Of a DNA stretch of 64,000 nt, positions 61,487 through 64,000 are shown in pieces; the first letter of the stretch is position 1; each line of letters opens with the position of its first letter. The stretch comes from Trichoplax adhaerens (lineage: Eukaryota; Animalia; Placozoa), in the NCBI RefSeq assembly GCF_000150275.1, contig NW_002060945.1, positions 507,872 through 571,871 on the forward strand. The letters run 5' to 3'. The position numbers and the translations under genes are program-made. Below the pieces are notes generated by a model that had not been told where the DNA came from, did no database searches, and saw nothing but the letters and a program-made list of their open reading frames with translations.

Positions 61487-64000
61487 ATGCATACAGGCGC
61501 TAGCGTCATCAAGGAAGCAAAGGACCTCATCTATAAGCTGCAAAAATTTGCTGAGTGTTCCATTTGGTAAATATTGTTGCTTTAAATCGTTTCGTAAACA
61601 ATGTATGTGATCATGACAGTCGTCAACAAGTACAGCACTGCCGTATATGATGTACATTGCATGTATAGTCTTTAGTGCATCACTATGAACAGAAGCAGTC
61701 GATTGATAGAATAAGAGTGTATAAAATGTTATAGGAAGAGGTTCTATAGTCTCAAGCAAGGACTTCTAAGAGAAAATTCTTTAAAAGTCCTTGTCTCAAG
61801 TTATTGATACTAGTTCATACTACATGCAGTATCCGGAATTAGTGAGCATGATAACCGTTATATTTTCAAGTAAGACATTTTCTTAGTAGAATTTTTCGCT
61901 CGGGTAATTATAGTTTGGACTTCTTGACTGAGCCAGTAGCAACCAGATGTGAACATGTTTTTTGTAGGTACGTGTGATCTCATGCTTACTCTTTAAAATT
62001 CTCTCCAATGCATGTTCATGTTGTTGATGTAAAGGCAACTGCTATTTCTTCTGTCCAGCGAAACATTTTAAAATCGATAATTAGAAGCAAATTTTGGCGT
62101 CACTTTGTGTACTGGCTGTTCTCTTGTAATGTAATCCGATATACTATTTTTAATTATGATAGAGATTGCATTCAGCATGTAATCAAAGATGCTAAAACGC
62201 CTTGTTGTCCTCTATGTAAGGAAGCTATTACCAAAAGGTATGCCTATAAATTATACTGTATAATAATGTAATCTACCAGCAAGGATACTAATCTTTACGA
62301 TATGCATGTTCAAAATTGTATTTCACTGCAAGTCTGCACGTTGTTACGTTCACCACACTACATTCCTTATTACTATAATGTAACTGTTTGCTAATACATG
62401 CTAAGGTCAAGCTCTTTTAATCAATTTAGGAGTTTAAATACTAGATCCAGCCATGAAAAATTTGTGCAAGTTGTGAAAGATGTCGAACTAGCATTTCAGC
62501 AAGACTTGGATGAATTACAAACAGAAACAACAAACAAGAAAGTAAGAAAAAATTCATCCCAAACAGGTATTAACTGTAGTGCATACAGTACATTAATCAT
62601 AAAATCTTTTAAATGTTCATTTACTAATGTCAAAATATTCTCTTGTGCCTTTGCCGTGTTTATTCAAGATTCTACTATAACTCGTGGAAATGATAAAAGA
62701 AGTAATAGCAAGCAGATCACTAGAACGACCTCAATGGATTCTGGAAATAATAAAATATATCCAGATAACAAACAATCCCAGAATAGCCAGCTATCAAGTA
62801 AATCTCGTAGCATGCCTTGTCAGAATTTACATTCTCACACTTCGACAGATAGAAAGGATGGTAAATCTGAATCTCAAAATGGTGGTGAAACGATACTACA
62901 TTCTGGTCTCTCAGAAAATACTACTGTCGTTAGCCAAGACAAGGTTCGATTTGAACTTATTAAATCGAAGCGAAAATTAGCTTCAAAATCTATCAGACAT
63001 GGATTTGATAAACGAACTAGTGGTTTATCATCGTCATTCGATAACGCATGCACTTCTAATGATAGCATCGACAATTTCTCTTCTAAGAGATCTGATAGAA
63101 ACAACGATAATGTAAAATTAACGGCAAAAAATATGCAAACGATAGATTCGTGGTTGCGTAAAGATATTAACAGCCAAGTTCCCAGCCAAAAGAATGATAA
63201 AGGAGAACTGGAGAAAACTGTAAATAAAATGGTTGAAAGATCGCTAATTGGTAATCATGGGACAATCTATTTAGCTCGAGATAAAGCAGATCCTACATGG
63301 GAATTATACTCTTCAATTACAGATGTTACAAGCCCTAGTCAGAAATGTAACCCCATGGAAAATCAGGAAGAATCACGATCATCTACAAAACATCCAATTA
63401 ATCTAGCATCATCTTTTATCGTAGCTCTTACGGATTCCCAAAAACTTCGAAATAGCAAGTCAGAAGTGGGTGCCTGTGTTAAGAAGTCCGAGGATTGGAT
63501 CGACCTAATAGAAAAAGATATGCAACAGATCAACACAAATAATAATAGTCAACATAGTGAAGAGAACGAGAAGATTATTTCAAAGTCCCTCAGCAAAGAT
63601 GGAGAAGGCTTGACAACTCAGTTAGATTTGAATACATTAACACCTGAAATGAAGTCATCGTCACAAAATTATCAAGAACAAAAGCATCATTCAGACCTAA
63701 AAACATCTATCAAATCGAATCAGATAGCTAATAATAGTAATACTACTCCTAAACGATTTTTTGCTGGTAGTATAACTCGAGCAATGCAAAAGTGGAAAGA
63801 CTCTTCCGCGAATAGAACACCAAATACCAATCATGTAAAAGCCCGACTACGGAGACTTAACATCCGAAGAAGAAACGATCGACTAGCTACAGAACATATT
63901 AAAATTGATAGCAGTATGCTCTCGGTCCAACAAGAAGCTCCGAAAGTTGCGTTAATGTCCACGAGCAACGGTGACAACAATAGCGATAGTAATAAAATTT
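61487..64000 (+). CDS. BRCA1: BRCA1 ortholog, 5' part: RING-domain exons, then a large low-complexity exon from 62669 that stays open to the window end
   Basis: MHTGASVIKEAKDLIYKLQKFAECSIC|LDFLTEPVATRCEHVFCR|DCIQHVIKDAKTPCCPLCKEAITKR|SLNTRSSHEKFVQVVKDVELAFQQD resembles human BRCA1 (..[42 protein letters not shown]..AFQLD), with introns at the recalled human positions. BRCT domains would be off-window. Confidence 0.87.

Overview
Eukaryotic, AT-rich, gene-dense animal DNA with many short (~80-150 nt) introns. The style suggests a placozoan such as Trichoplax, but that is inference. Splicing the exons by hand gives ten protein genes and one tRNA, in order: ARF1(-, last exon off-window), RPA3(+), MIOS(-), RPL27(+), RAB18(-), AAAS(+), RECK(+), tRNA-Val(CAC)(-), USP40(+), RPP25/Alba(-), BRCA1(+, runs off the window). 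Most short ORFs in the supplied track are artefacts of introns or repeats. Main observations: (1) every housekeeping gene sits in a head-to-head pair whose shared promoter carries palindromic CAGTA/TACTG pentamer tracts, while unpaired RECK lacks them; (2) MIOS has two minor-spliceosome (U12) AT-AC introns, one followed by a probable 12-nt microexon; (3) the RPA3 exon1/intron1 junction is present in five tandem copies, and other first introns also carry local tandem duplications; (4) gene neighbours match human 7p21 (MIOS-RPA3), 17q21 (RPL27-BRCA1) and other Hox-bearing chromosomes (recalled, needs checking); (5) there is an unexplained structured GC-rich element in MIOS intron 1 and a perfect 36-bp palindrome in a RECK intron.
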